DNA of 64,000 nucleotides from Octopus sinensis. Lineage: Eukaryota. The notes below the pieces were generated by a model. The model made no database searches. It saw only the letters and a program-made list of their open reading frames with translations, and was not told the origin of the DNA. The position numbers were made by a program, and so were the translations under genes. The DNA lies in contig NC_043001.1 in NCBI RefSeq assembly GCF_006345805.1, forward strand, positions 96,782,001-96,846,000, read 5' to 3'. Positions 28,152 to 41,200 of this stretch are shown one piece after another (the stretch's first letter is position 1; every line of letters begins with the position of its first letter).

Positions 28152-28157
<6 letters not shown>
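27681..28157. repeat. Near-perfect spacer-less palindrome (two ~238-bp arms), Penelope pseudo-LTR-like, flanked by (TA)n
   Basis: Centre between 27918 and 27919 (GAGTTCTAAAT|ATTTAGAACTC). The arms differ by only a few positions. Confidence 0.95.
27981..28019 (+). ncRNA. Degenerate minimal hammerhead-like motif (mirror copy 27818-27856, minus strand)
   Basis: AAGAAAT-TTGAAGA-GC TAACT GC-GAA-ACCGGT-ATTTCTT. 7-bp stem I, palindromic stem III, C3U, and apparently no unpaired N17. Confidence 0.55.
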
Positions 28158-28210
<53 letters not shown>

Positions 28211-28213
<3 letters not shown>

Positions 28214-28410
28214 CGGGAAGCTTTATGAAAATAAACAAAAGACGAAGGCAGGTGGAAAACAAACGAACAATTGTATTAGTATGGCGCTCAGGAAATATAA
28301 ATAAAACAAGTCTTTAACGTTTCGAGCCTACCCTCTTCAACAGAAAGATACACAGAGAGAGAAAGACACAGAAAGAGGAGAGAAAAAAAATGCGTGCAGT
28401 AGCGAAATAT
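28211..28410 (-). mobile_element. Short hammerhead-bearing element, family A (~195 bp), in (TA)n
   Basis: Same ends and internal sequence as 43848-44032 in the opposite orientation. Motif at 28311-28348: TCTTT-CTGTTGAA-GAGG GTAG GCTC-GAAACGT-T-AAAGA. Confidence 0.75.
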
Positions 28411-28434
28411 ATGCATATATATGTACAGGGTAAC

Positions 28435-28657
28435 AAGTAGTGAGCTGGGAGATTCGTTAGCACACCGGAGGAAATGCTTAGCAGCATTTGTCTGTCGCTA
28501 CGTTGTGATTTCAAATTCCACCGAAGTCGAACTTTCCATCCTTTACCTTCCATCCTTTTGGGGGTGAATAACTTATGTACCATTGAACCACTGAGGGCGA
28601 TATAATCGTCCAATCCTCTTCCCCAAAATTTCAGGCCTTGTGCCTATAGTAGAAATG
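28435..28657 (+). mobile_element. SINE family 2 (decayed) ending in (ATT)n
   Basis: GAGCTGGGAGATTCGTTAGCACACCGG...TTCAAATTCCACCGAAGTCGA...CCCCAAAATTTCAGGCCTTGTGCCTATAGTAGAAA. Confidence 0.75.
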
Positions 28658-28682
28658 ATTATTATTATTATTATTATTATTA

Positions 28683-28713
<31 letters not shown>

Positions 28714-28720
28714 GATTATG

Positions 28721-28773
<53 letters not shown>

Positions 28774-30510
28774 CATTATTATTATTATCGTCATCGTCGT
28801 TCTTGTTAATCTTACTGTTTTCTTAAGGGATCTCTTCATTTGCAGCATCTGGGTTGTAGAGAAACTTGAAATTCAGGGTGCTAAAACTCATCATGTCTCT
28901 CTGTAACACAAAACGTTTCACCTTATTAACTCTCATTATTATTAATCAGTTAATGAGAAATTTTGTAACCGGTGGTGTCAATTTTCTAAAATGAGCCAGC
29001 TCAGAGAAAATATTCCCTAAAACTAAAATAAATAATCGGTGTGAAATTCTCCCTATTAAGAAACACGTAGAATAACTTCCAAAGTAATGAAACAATTAAT
29101 GCGCTTCTCGAGAAAAAGATCCTACAAAAACGAAGCTATTTGTTTCCAAGAAAAGAACAATTAAATTACACTGCATCGTCACTCACGAGCGAGTATGGGT
29201 TGGTAATATATACCATGCTATTACTAGTTCTTTTAGCTGGGCTCTGTTGATCCAGCGAGATACCAGGATGTGATAAATGGGGAGATAGAATGGTGCGCTT
29301 GTGTTCGAAGGGTTTTCATTTACAGCTGGGTTAGATTGGAGGTACGAGAAATGAAGTGCTTTGCTCAAGGATAAAATGTTGTTTTCGGTTTATGTGTATA
29401 AGCTTGAGTGAATGGTTTATCCAGTATATTGCAACTAAGAAGAGGTAAGTTCTACCAGCAAACCGCTGGTACTGAATTAAAGCAGAACAGACTAGAATAT
29501 ATATGAAATGAATTGCCTTGTTGAATGGGCTCTCTCTGAACCAGTGGTTCAGGATGTGACGACTGGAAGCAGAGAGGAAGAGAGAGAGAGAGAGAGGAGT
29601 GACGGGGAGAGAAAGGGATGTATTGGTACCTGGCGCTGCTTATTTTCGTATGAATTGACTGGAGTAACATGAAATGCAATTGCTCAAGGACACAATACAA
29701 TACCTGACCTGTGAGCTGACCCTTCAAACGTTTCTTCATGAGACGAACTCGCGATCCACTTGACAATATACCTTACCATACACAATTAGAATTGTTTAAT
29801 TACAAGCTCATTGCTTAAGGATTTGAGATTTTTAGCTCTCATTATCTTATTCTGTAATGTTTTGTAGGATTAGATAAGTGAATGTGGCTTTTATATATTT
29901 AAGGAGATTTTCGGAAGATTCGGCTATTTTTTCTTCTATCATTCCGATCGGACGACCAGGTAGAGGATCCCTGATTATAACTGGTTTACATAGTAACATC
30001 AGCAAATTATACTACCTTAATTCTATACAATGGGTAATTACTATAGCGAATCCAGTACAATGAAGTATCTTAAGATAGCTGTCATAGGATTCATAACCAT
30101 TAAACCGTTCTCGTGATCAAGTGAAAGCTACAATCGATTCTAAAAATAGTGTAGCCACTATATAATTGAACTCCATTTTATACTTTAATCATTTTAGTTT
30201 CCAACTTTATTTGCTCTCGACTTAGCTATTGTTAGATTTCTAAGTCAATTTCCTTTCTCCATTTAGAGACACTAACTTGCATAACGCGTCTAGACACACG
30301 TACAGAAAAGAACTGCACAAACGTATATATTATAAAACAGTAATTTTCATCAAATGTAGTAAAACATGACTTATAATAATATTCTATATTATGTATTTTA
30401 TCGTCATTATTTGTAATATATAGCTACTATATTTTTTCTGTTACTTGTTCCAGTCCTTGGAGTCCGCCCGTGGTGGGGCGTCGTCTTGAAGGATTTAGTC
30501 GGACATATTA

Positions 30511-30574
30511 ACCCCTAGTATTTATATCTTAAACCCCTAGCATTTATATCTTAAACCTAGTATTTATATCTTAA
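30511..30574. repeat. 22-bp minisatellite, 3 copies, inside a decayed SINE family 1 tail
   Basis: ACCCCTAG(T/C)ATTTATATCTTAA repeated three times. Confidence 0.85.
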
Positions 30575-30740
30575 TCTATAGCCTCTTTCGTTGAACAGCT
30601 AAATTACGGGGATTTTAACAAGGTTACACTCTTTGCAATGTGTGATTGTAAAGAAACATGAACACAAAGACATCAAATGTCTCTCTCCCTCTCTCTCCCC
30701 TCTCGCTTTTCCTCTCTCTCTCGCTCGCACACCCCCACCA

Positions 30741-30780
<40 letters not shown>

Positions 30781-31070
30781 TATATATATATAAATTTATA
30801 TATATACTCTAGAACTAGAACGAAAAGAGAATCAGTATATATATAAATATATATATATGAAATACCATGCCGATTCAAGCACTTTCGCTGTCTATGACCT
30901 CTTGATGTCATCTACAGTCTTGATATAAGTGTCACTATATATACCTCAGGAATTCCGCTGTGTTCTTCGAGTATATAACATATAAGAGAAACAGAATAAT
31001 GCTTCTCGGGAATTCCATTTTCTATTTCATTCATTTGCTATATATATGTAATGGAAGGAAAATGCACACA

Positions 31071-32193
31071 CTTTACATAGTTTTAATATATGTTTTGATA
31101 TATTTTATATTGTGTTTGTCGACCAGTTTCGCTTTCGCTAATCATGACATTAAAATTGTTTTAATTACGTATTTTCTTTACAAAATCTTTTTATGTCATT
31201 GTTGTATGAAAGGGCGTTTATGAATGAATGATTTAACAAGTATAAAATTTTAAGGGAAGGTAATTGGTGATCGTTATTATTGTGGACAGGGTAGAAAATT
31301 GTTCATTTAAACTTTCTTGTAGAGAAATTGTATCTTTGCACTGGTGGAAGGAGAAAACTCTGAAAGTTGGTTGGATGCTACGTGTATATCTCTGTGTGTT
31401 CACTTAAAGGTATCTATATGTATTGCTGGGACTGGATCTGCTCTTTATGTATAGTGGTTCTCCATCTTAATGTCATACTCGTCTGTCCTATATAGCTATG
31501 TTCACAACCCGAGCAGGTTATTACATATATTAGATTCTCAGATGTACAAGTGAAGTTGGTTTTAATTGTGAACCTCTCTTCTTGTTTGAAAAGGAAATCC
31601 GAACCTCCTAGTAGGTTTGGGCAGGTTCCATAGTTAGGGCGTCCACATTTTCCAACCGTTGGTTTCTTGTGTAAAGTTTCCCATTTGTAAGATGTCTCTT
31701 TAGCGATTTGTGTTGCATTTTACATTTGAGGAATTTATGTTTTCATGATGTTGTTCATTTTGGGGTCTCTAGTTAGAAAGGAAAATTTTTCACAATAGTG
31801 TTGTATGACTCATTGTTTCTAAGGTTGTGACTTGTTATATACAGTAGTGTTTTGAGATGAAGTGTGGTGTTATGTTTTGTTGTCCTTCTTGTTCTTATAT
31901 CTAATTTCTTGGCACACTTAATTCCATCGTCTGTAACTTAGGATTGTCTTTCACTTAGCGCTGTTCTGAGTTCCCCTGTCCACAGTAATAACGAACACCA
32001 ACTACTGCCCCTTAATATTTTCTACTTGTTGAATCATTCATTCATAAACTCCTCCACGCACAACATGGACAACAAAATTATTCTTAAGAAAATATGAAAC
32101 TAAAATAATTTTGATGTCATGATTAGCGAAAGCGAAGCTGGTCGACAAACACAATATAAAATATATCAAAAAATAAATTAAAACTATGTTAAG
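31071..32193 (-). mobile_element. Penelope-like element remnant (Zn-finger linker plus GIY-YIG endonuclease) with ~220-bp inverted pseudo-LTR arms
   Basis: Minus-strand PTVGKCGRPNYGTCPNL...NFTCTSENLIYVITCSGCEHSYIGQTSMTLRWRTTIHKEQI. Arms 31071-31291 and 31974-32193 are inverted copies. Confidence 0.85.
31117..31149 (-). ncRNA. Hammerhead-like motif in the Penelope pseudo-LTR (inverted copy 32115-32147, plus strand)
   Basis: TGTC-ATGATTA-GC GAAA GC-GAA-ACTGGT-C-GACA. Stems I/II/III and a GUC site are intact, but the core is AUGAUUA instead of CUGAUGA. Confidence 0.6.
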
Positions 32194-32217
32194 TGTATGC
32201 ACTTTCGTTCTTTAATT

Positions 32218-32319
<102 letters not shown>

Positions 32320-32599
32320 TGTGTCACAAAAACTCCAAGCCGCAGTATAGTACTGGACCGCTACAGAGGGTAAAGATATAATTAATAAAACCACAAATAG
32401 CATTTGTATAATACAGCTGGCCTTACTTTTCTGACCGAAATAACAATTTAATTCCTCATTTACCAAGCTGTTAAAAACAAAACATTTTAATAACAGTGTT
32501 CGATGCAATCAATGAGTAAGCAAATTTAGACAGGATAATTAACTTCACAGTAAATATGAGCAGAGCCTTACAAATATCAGAATCACACAAAGCATTACC

Positions 32600-33240
32600 G
32601 AAGTGGTTTTGATGTGTCTGGTGAAGGTTTTGGGCCTACTTTGTCGTAGAGAGCACCATGCATTGCCGTAATCTTCTGGGTAGTGCGATCGAGTTGGTGA
32701 ATTTTCGCTTGTGTCCATTTCAGAATGGGTGCACTATAGCGGACTACAGCACCATCCCATATGTTAATGACAATCACAAGATTCCTTGCATTGAGTTTTG
32801 ATTTCAAGAGAAGTTTGAGGTGCTTCACATACGCAATAGTGAACTTGTGTTTCAATTACCTGTAGAGGATATTGTCCAGTTTCAGGATCCTCTGGTACTT
32901 GTACCCACCACCATCCGAGTCTCCCATTCGCTCTCCGTTTGGCAGATCTACATCTCTATTGTCCTCTCATTTCTCCGTTTCAAAGTGAGCAACGTACACT
33001 TTGAGTTCCTGAATTCCATTCCTATATCCTTGCTCTACATCTGTACAGGTACAACAAATCTCTCCATATTTCAAGCTCTGTGTTTGCGAGCATTTAAAAT
33101 CTTTTCTGACGATAAGTCGATTAAGACAAAATCCATTCCCTTAGCTCTTAGTTCGTGTACACTTTGCGCAGAAATACAGAAAGTGTGATCAAGGCTACAA
33201 CACATCGCAAAGGTGAACAACAATCTCCCTGGTATTCCGC
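32600..33240 (-). pseudogene. Decayed R4/Dong-like reverse transcriptase fragment
   Basis: LKSKLNARNLVIVINIWDGAVVRYSAPILKWTQAKIHQLDRTTQK..MHGALY (RT thumb), with a YKY motif and a QGD..SPL-like motif upstream. Confidence 0.7.
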
Positions 33241-33315
33241 TACTAGGTACCGCTTTTGATTGTTACCTCGGTTAAGTGTTGGTTGTATTATTGTTACTAA
33301 TATTTTATTATTATA

Positions 33316-33419
<104 letters not shown>

Positions 33420-33594
33420 ATCAAAATTAAAAGAAGAGTGCTATTGTCTTCTAGTGAACGATATTTTGACATCATGTGTGTCTTCAACTGGTTCAAAAAA
33501 TAAATTTGTCAATCTACTTCATTTTGGTTAATATAGAAAGGATTGAGGTAACTCCTCCTGAAGATATAGAGTTATTATTATTATTGTTATCATT

Positions 33595-33625
<31 letters not shown>

Positions 33626-33652
33626 TTATTATTATTGTTATTATTATTATTG

Positions 33653-33728
<76 letters not shown>

Positions 33729-33732
33729 TAGC

Positions 33733-33789
<57 letters not shown>

Positions 33790-33807
33790 TGTAATATTAT
33801 TATTATG

Positions 33808-33930
33808 CGGGTGAGCTCGCAGAATCGTTAGCACGCCGGGAAAAATGACATTACGTCCAGAGTTCAAATCCCGCCGAGGTCGACTTTGCCTTTAATAAAA
33901 TAAATACCAGTTGAGTACTGGGATCGACGT
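33808..33930 (+). mobile_element. SINE family 2 fragment
   Basis: GAGCTCGCAGAATCGTTAGCACGCCGGG...GAGTTCAAATCCCGCCGAGGTCGACTTTGCC. Confidence 0.75.
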
Positions 33931-36382
33931 TCCAAAATTTGAAATCATCATTATTGAGGAACTTTCAATTTATATATATATATTTATATTTATTTATATG
34001 TTATTTATTTATGTCCCTTTATATTCTGTTTTAATTACTGCCCGTCTCTTTCGACTTTGCCCTTTCTCGTATCATTGACACACCGAGATATATTTAATCA
34101 AATGATCTCTCCAAAAATAGGTAACCGTGTGCCTAAGAGTCTATGCATATTGTCGCATAACATGTTACCGTGTGTATATTATGAAATATTGCCATTGTTG
34201 CTTTCAAATGCATTAATTTATAAGCCATTCCATGGCGGCCTATGAAGTATAAACGTAAAAATACAATGAAGCTAAATTGAATTTTATGAAACGCGGCGTT
34301 TCATACGTGCCTTTCTGAACCTGTCGCCTTTACATGCCAATCTTCTTACACTTATCAATAGTTATAATCTTTCGTTTTGTCTACAATGTGAATACACTGC
34401 ACACTCCTATGATTTTAAATAATATAGTTAATCAGTGTTATACATGAAAGATGCATTCGGTTGTGTACGTACGATATCTTGCTGTGATAAAACAAATTAG
34501 TGTGTTGCAATAACCAACGTAATTGCTGTGTTCAGAATAGAAATATTATTAACACGTTTTCCTAGTCTATCGACAAATTTCCATATTCTTAACCAGCGGT
34601 GTATAAGTTTAAATGACTACTGGATTAAAATTTGATAATCAAATTATTTAGATGGACGAATTAGAAATGCGGTATCGATGAGTGAGCAACAAGTCCATTA
34701 GCTAAATTATCTTGTCTTCACTAGTTTGTCAGAAAACTTCAGCCGTTGCAATTAGCGAACCTTCCAGGTTATGATTGGCGTCAGAGAAAAATAAAAATAA
34801 ACAAAACGGAAAATACCTTTGAGATTAAAAGCAGCAGGATTTCGTGTATGGTAGTTTATTTTAACTGAAGATATAAAAACGATATAAAGATACACGGATA
34901 CTGAGCGCGTGTGTGTGTGTCATTTGAGGACATCAGCGACTCGAGCTATACTTGACAGCCTTTTTAAAGCAGGAATGAGACATTCAGAGGTTGCTTTTCT
35001 TCCTGTTGATCTAACCTTCGGTGGGATGCCGGTCTCAAGTATAACCTTAGCTGCCGATGGCATACATTTTCAGCTGATATGACTAGTGTACCGTGAAATA
35101 CATTACCGGCATCAGAGCATAACGTATGTATTTATGTTTATACACTCAACATTGTAACAAGCGAACCGTGCATCTTCATTAAAGAGAAATAAAATGTTAT
35201 CGAATAATGTTTCTTTTATGAGGAAAACTGATAACCTCTATAAGGTCGCTTGTTCTGTTAGAAATAGTCAGAGAATCACTTTCAAATCACACTCCACCGT
35301 TTTAAATAAGGAAGGGCAAATTGGATAACGTATTCTTTATGTCTAACGAAATGAGATCTTGGATGAAATATATTGGTTAATCAAAGGTTTGTTTAATCAA
35401 TATTGGCTCGGAACCAAACACGTTTTGATTGGAGTAAGATATGCAATATTTAGGTAAAAGAAAATAGAATATTATGAATGTCTAACAGTTCCCACATGCA
35501 TAAATAGCAACTACATTGTATAAATTGAACCGTGTTTTGTGTTCGTTTGGAATAAATTATCGCATTACAGGTATCCTATATAATTTCCGTAGCATATTCG
35601 AGAAGCATCATCTGAAAATTATCAAACCTAAGGCGAGTTGCTTACGATCCTCTGTGGCGGCCATTATATTTTACTTCTCTGTGTCAGCCACTAGCCAACA
35701 TTGTAAGTAGCTAACCTTCTCCAAATATATGTTAGATTCTCCTTAAATCGCATCCTACCACATATAAAAGTTTAATATCGGTGATGACAATGGGGATTTA
35801 AACGAATAGCGCTTAAAAACAACGTCAAAAATGGCCATAGCCGGAACGCGTTTGATCATGACTACAGAATTCGGACCAAGTTGAGTTTAAACAACAACAA
35901 AAACAAAAACAAAAACAACAACAGTATCTGTTTATTACATATCTTTCTTTTTGCACTTACATAACTACGTCTTTTCTCATAATGGTAATTCGATTATAAA
36001 TCATTTTCTTATGACTGAGCAGATATCAATTAACTTGAACGGGTACGAAATGTCTTTTCTGTGTTCAGATGTGTCTTCGTCGTTTATTGCATGAAAGACA
36101 GTTCTCCGTCGGAACAAACTTGTAGAGAGAATCGCAGACAGCTACTCCCAGGAGGGTCGATACATACTAACCAAGTAGGAAAAGCAAAGCGGAAAGGATT
36201 AGCGCTGTCTTGAAGAATAACTGCACACTAAATTAAACAATGAAGCGGAAAAGAGAAATAAAGACAATCATGATTGTGATGATGATGATGATGATGATGA
36301 TGATAATGACGATGATGATCATGGTGATGATGATAATAATATGTCTGTTTCTAAATTTAGTTGCTGTTTAAGTAATCAACTG

Positions 36383-36414
<32 letters not shown>

Positions 36415-36651
36415 CATACATACATACATACGTATATACGTTCTTGTATGTGCGTGTATAAATATGTATATATGTATATATATATATATATACACCTGCT
36501 CATATATATATATATATATATGAGTGTGTACGTGTGTGTTTGTGTATGTGTGTGAGTGTGTGTATACATATGTATGTATAAGGAGAGAGAGAGAAAGAGA
36601 GAGAAGGGGAAAATATGAATAGTATAGGTATATATGATATATATGTATATA

Positions 36652-37349
36652 CAGTGGTTCGACAAAATAATGGAAACATTTTGTCAAATGGAAGTTTGAT
36701 TATTTAATATGGCGCAGGTTCACCTTTGACATCAGTCATAGCTTAAATACTTCGAGCAACTGACTCATACAGGGTTTGAACGGTTGATTATGGGAATTTT
36801 CCGCTCTTTTTCAAATAAAACTTGTTTTATCTCTCCTTCAGTGATAATGACGGAGGTAAGCGACCCCTTCATTTTGTCTCAAAATGTACCATAAATGTTC
36901 CAAAATATTGAGATCCGGTGATAGTAGATGGGTCAATCTAATTGGTCTGCTTTACTTCCGTGCTCTTCGTTCCTGTTTGAATAACGTTAGACGTCCGTAT
37001 GAATTGGTGCATTATCAACCTGAAATATTGCGCTGCTATCAAAGATTTATCTTTTCCTGCATAAAATGGAGATGACAGACAAAATATTGAAATAATATTT
37101 GCCATTAGCACTAACATACCGAACGACTAAAGAGCAATTCGAATTCCATCTATCCACTCTTCAACAATTTGTTGAAAATCTACAAAAAATAAGGTAGGAA
37201 AATAGAGCCTATTTCACGAAGAACAAGGCATACATAACATATATAAACAAATATGTACAGACTAGGTCAGTTCCAAATTTATCTCAATATCAGTCCAAAA
37301 AATTAATGAAGTAAAAATTGGTGTTACCAATATTTTTTCAACCTCTTTG
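36652..37349 (-). mobile_element. Internally deleted Tc1-like DNA transposon
   Basis: TA|CAGTGGTTCGACAAAATAATGGAAACA TIR, with a decayed inverted copy at 37322-37349. Minus-strand FQVDNAPIHT and SPDLNIL.HLWYIL motifs. Confidence 0.7.
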
Positions 37350-38108
37350 TGTGTTTCCTTAGATATAAAGATAAATTTTATGCCTAGACACTGCACCTAT
37401 CTGATGCTAAATCCTCCACCCCTCCTCCTCCTCCTCCTCCTCCTCCTCATCATCATCATCATCATCATCGTTGTGCTCGTCACATCGTCGTCGTTGTCGT
37501 CCTTATTCTCCCTCACTTCATCACTATCATCTTCATCGTCACCTTTGCCCATGTCGCGATAGTCCTTAACGTGATCTACACCGTCGTCATCGTCATGAAT
37601 GTCTACCTCACCGCCGCTATAGCCATCATCGTATGCGCAGTCGTCATTTTCGTGTTCGTTAATATCACCAACAAAAGAACAAAAAGAAGCCAACAAAAAT
37701 AATTAAAAAAAAAACAATTACATCAGCTCATAGAATATTTAAATAAGTATGCTCAATTCAGCGGCCATCTTATTTTCTGAAAGTTTGGTAACTACTTAAA
37801 TATCGCCAGTGAATATCCTTTTTCATTCTGTATAGCCAGTAAAATAAACATCACCACCACCACCACCACCACCACTACCACCACAACCCACCATCACCAC
37901 CGCCGCCACCGCAATATCTCTCAGCTCCATTTCTCTCATCTCCATAATCATAATCACAAGTATTAAAGCCGGGAACATACTAAGCATTGGCAGATGGCTT
38001 TTCCAAATATTTTTTATATGTATATATATATATATATATATATGTTTGTGTGTGTATGTGTGCGTGTATGTGTGCGTGTATGTGCATAGATGTGTGTGTG
38101 TATAAATA

Positions 38109-38156
<48 letters not shown>

Positions 38157-38213
38157 AATTAACGATACTTTTCTACATACGTATAGACATGCACACACAC
38201 GTATACATATACA

Positions 38214-38248
<35 letters not shown>

Positions 38249-38543
38249 CTACAGATGTGGAAATATATTTATATATACACATTATTCATAAACTCATCTG
38301 TATATGTATGTATATTTGTATGTCTATGTTTGCATATATATATATATATATATGTGTGTGTGTCTGTGTCTGTGTGTGCATAAATATAAGTGTATATGTC
38401 AATATAGATAAATAGTTATATGTGTATTTGTATATATATATATATATTATATATATATATATACAAATATATATTTATGTATATCTATAAATCTATATGT
38501 GAATATAAATACACACCCACACATATATAAATATATATAAATG

Positions 38544-38596
<53 letters not shown>

Positions 38597-38646
38597 GTAC
38601 GTATATAAATATGTATATGCATGTATGTATATACATATGTATATCC

Positions 38647-38721
<75 letters not shown>

Positions 38722-39147
38722 TAAAAGAAGCATATAAGAATATATGCGCGTATTTCATAGTATACGTGTGTACGTATGCGTGTGTCCCTGTGTTTCTATA
38801 CTTTTATGCATTATATATGAAACGGGAAAAAAATTATGATCTCAAATATGGCTGCTTAATAACATGACCGATGTCCTGTCACTTATATTTATTGTCTACC
38901 TTTAATGACAGTTACCAGTTTTATTTTATTCCATTTTAATAGTTCTTTATGGCTCTAAACTTGTCTTTTATTTAATATTTTGACTCTCTTTTATATATAA
39001 TTTATATTAGTATATTTTTTAATTTTTAGATGCACTTTTGGCTTATTATTAATTTTTTTTTTGCGTATTCCAATATAAGTAGGTATGGGTACGCATATCT
39101 ATATATGTGTTTCTAAACACCACTATCTCACACCACTATTCGTTCTC

Positions 39148-39209
<62 letters not shown>

Positions 39210-39403
39210 TTTCTTTCTTTCTTTCTTTCGTTGTACTATATATTAATCTATTCATGCGTACCTTTAAGCAACGGTCAAACTATTAAAATAATTTTTTCTG
39301 ATGTGTGTGTGAATGTCTGTCTGTCTGCATGTTTCTTTGTACGTATGTATCTGTGCCTGTATGTATGAATGTATGTATGTATGTATGTATGTATGTATAT
39401 ATA

Positions 39404-39435
<32 letters not shown>

Positions 39436-39520
39436 CACGTTTTTATATATGCATTTAGTTATGTATATGCATCTATATATATATATGTTTATGTATGTAT
39501 ATATTCTAACATATATATAA

Positions 39521-39620
<100 letters not shown>

Positions 39621-39749
39621 TAGAATTTATACATACCTAAATACATATTTATAGATGCATATACATAACTACATGTATATATAAGAACATGCATAGGTAT
39701 ATACGTATACAGACAAACAGATAGACACACACACATACACGCGCGCGTG

Positions 39750-39797
<48 letters not shown>

Positions 39798-40280
39798 CAT
39801 GTATATGTATTTTGCAATTTCATTAAAAGAGGAAGTGAGAGTACAATGCGTATTTTACAGTGTCTGATTTATTTCTTTTCTTGCGATTTGTATTCCACAA
39901 ACCTTTGCTATTCAGTCGAACTTATTTTTCTTTGTATTCGTCATACACTACTAAAATTTGTTATGAGTTCTGTTGTAATTCCTAAGTCACGAGACCAGTG
40001 CACACTGAAGTATAGCAAAAGAGGAAGCTACTTCCTCGATTGAATTTGCGAAACATCTAGACAGAATAAATAATAAATTAACACAGAGGAAATAAACAGG
40101 ATATGAGAAACATCATTATAATCAACCCACGATTTAAAGCTGAAATAGGTGACTATATTAGGAAAGTAAATATATATTTAAATAGCAAATGAACTGAACA
40201 AAAAATATCAAAAAAAGCAAGAAGAATTAGGGATATCAGAAATGATAGATAGTGAACATAACCAGGAATATCAATGACCG

Positions 40281-40341
40281 GATAACTGAAAAGATGGCGG
40301 CGTGGGTTTCCGCCCCGACATCCGAAACTCGGAGTTTTATC
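40281..40341 (+). ncRNA. Degenerate hammerhead-like motif with long stem II
   Basis: GATAA-CTGAAAA-GATG GCGG..CCGC..CATCC-GAA-ACTC G GAGT-T-TTATC. Stem I is GATAA/TTATC and stem III is ACTC/GAGT. Confidence 0.55.
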
Positions 40342-40533
40342 ATGGCTACCGAATAATTTTGACGAATTATATTTGCAGATAAATTCCTCTATTTACATAA
40401 TATCGGGGTATCTTTCATTCTTTTGTTGTCTCATCATTTCTTTCAATACATACATACATATACATATATATATATATATTTAAACACACATACCAACATA
40501 TACATTCATACATACATATATGTATATATATAT

Positions 40534-40740
40534 AAAGTTAATCCAAACCTGAAAACACAAAGAGAAAGCACAACAACGGGAGGACGTGGAACAAAGTATT
40601 ATTGGACGCTCAGGAAGGATAGGAAGGAGGTGGCATTTACGTTTCGAGCGGAGCTCTTCGTCAGAAACATAGAAAAAGGGAAGAACCAGAGAAGGGAAGA
40701 CGGAGGAAAAAAACATCGCCAACGGTACACACGCGGTCGT
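40534..40740 (-). mobile_element. Short hammerhead-bearing element, family B (relative of family A)
   Basis: Minus-strand motif 40634-40669: GTTT-CTGACGA-A-GAGC TCC GCTC-GAAACGT-A-AA. Shares AAAGTTAAT and CGCTCAGGAA blocks with family A. Confidence 0.7.
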
Positions 40741-40921
40741 CATCATATTCCCTTCCATATCGGCTAAATCTGATGAACGTAGATGTTTATAATCGGATTA
40801 ACTAACACTCCAGTGAAATCGATAGTTAATCGATTGTTAATATCAGCCCTGATAGATATTTAACACTATACTTTTCGATAATATATGTATATATGTATGT
40901 GTGTATATATATATATATCTA

Positions 40922-41200
40922 TCCGCTCAGTCGAAGTCGACTCTCGGTCACTCGTTGGATCAGCGTCCTTCAGTCAGTTCTATCCTGAGCCGCTTCCTTC
41001 AAACTGGCCATGTCCATTCCGGTATCACTCCTGATGGTGTCAAGCCAGCGGGTTCTTGGTCGGCCTCTTCCTTTCTTGCCACTGACCGTTCCGAGCATGA
41101 TGTCCTTCTCCAGGGATTCTCTCCGTATAATATGACCGAAATATGCCAATCTACGCTTGGTGATCTCAGCTTCTCCAACAACAAGGCCCGAATGCATTAA
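40922..41200 (-). pseudogene. RTE-clade (BovB-like) LINE C-terminal fragment
   Basis: ITKRRLAYFGHIIRRESLEKDIMLGTVSGKKGRGRPRTRWLDTI is the typical RTE ORF C-terminus. Confidence 0.85.

Noticed and set aside
30870-30930. Possible second hammerhead beside the Penelope arm (minus strand, long stem then GAAAGTGCTT)
   Set aside because: The core and stem I are not recognisable, so it is too degenerate to call.
40766-40800. Perfect CTGATGA hammerhead core
   Set aside because: No downstream GAAA or stem III.
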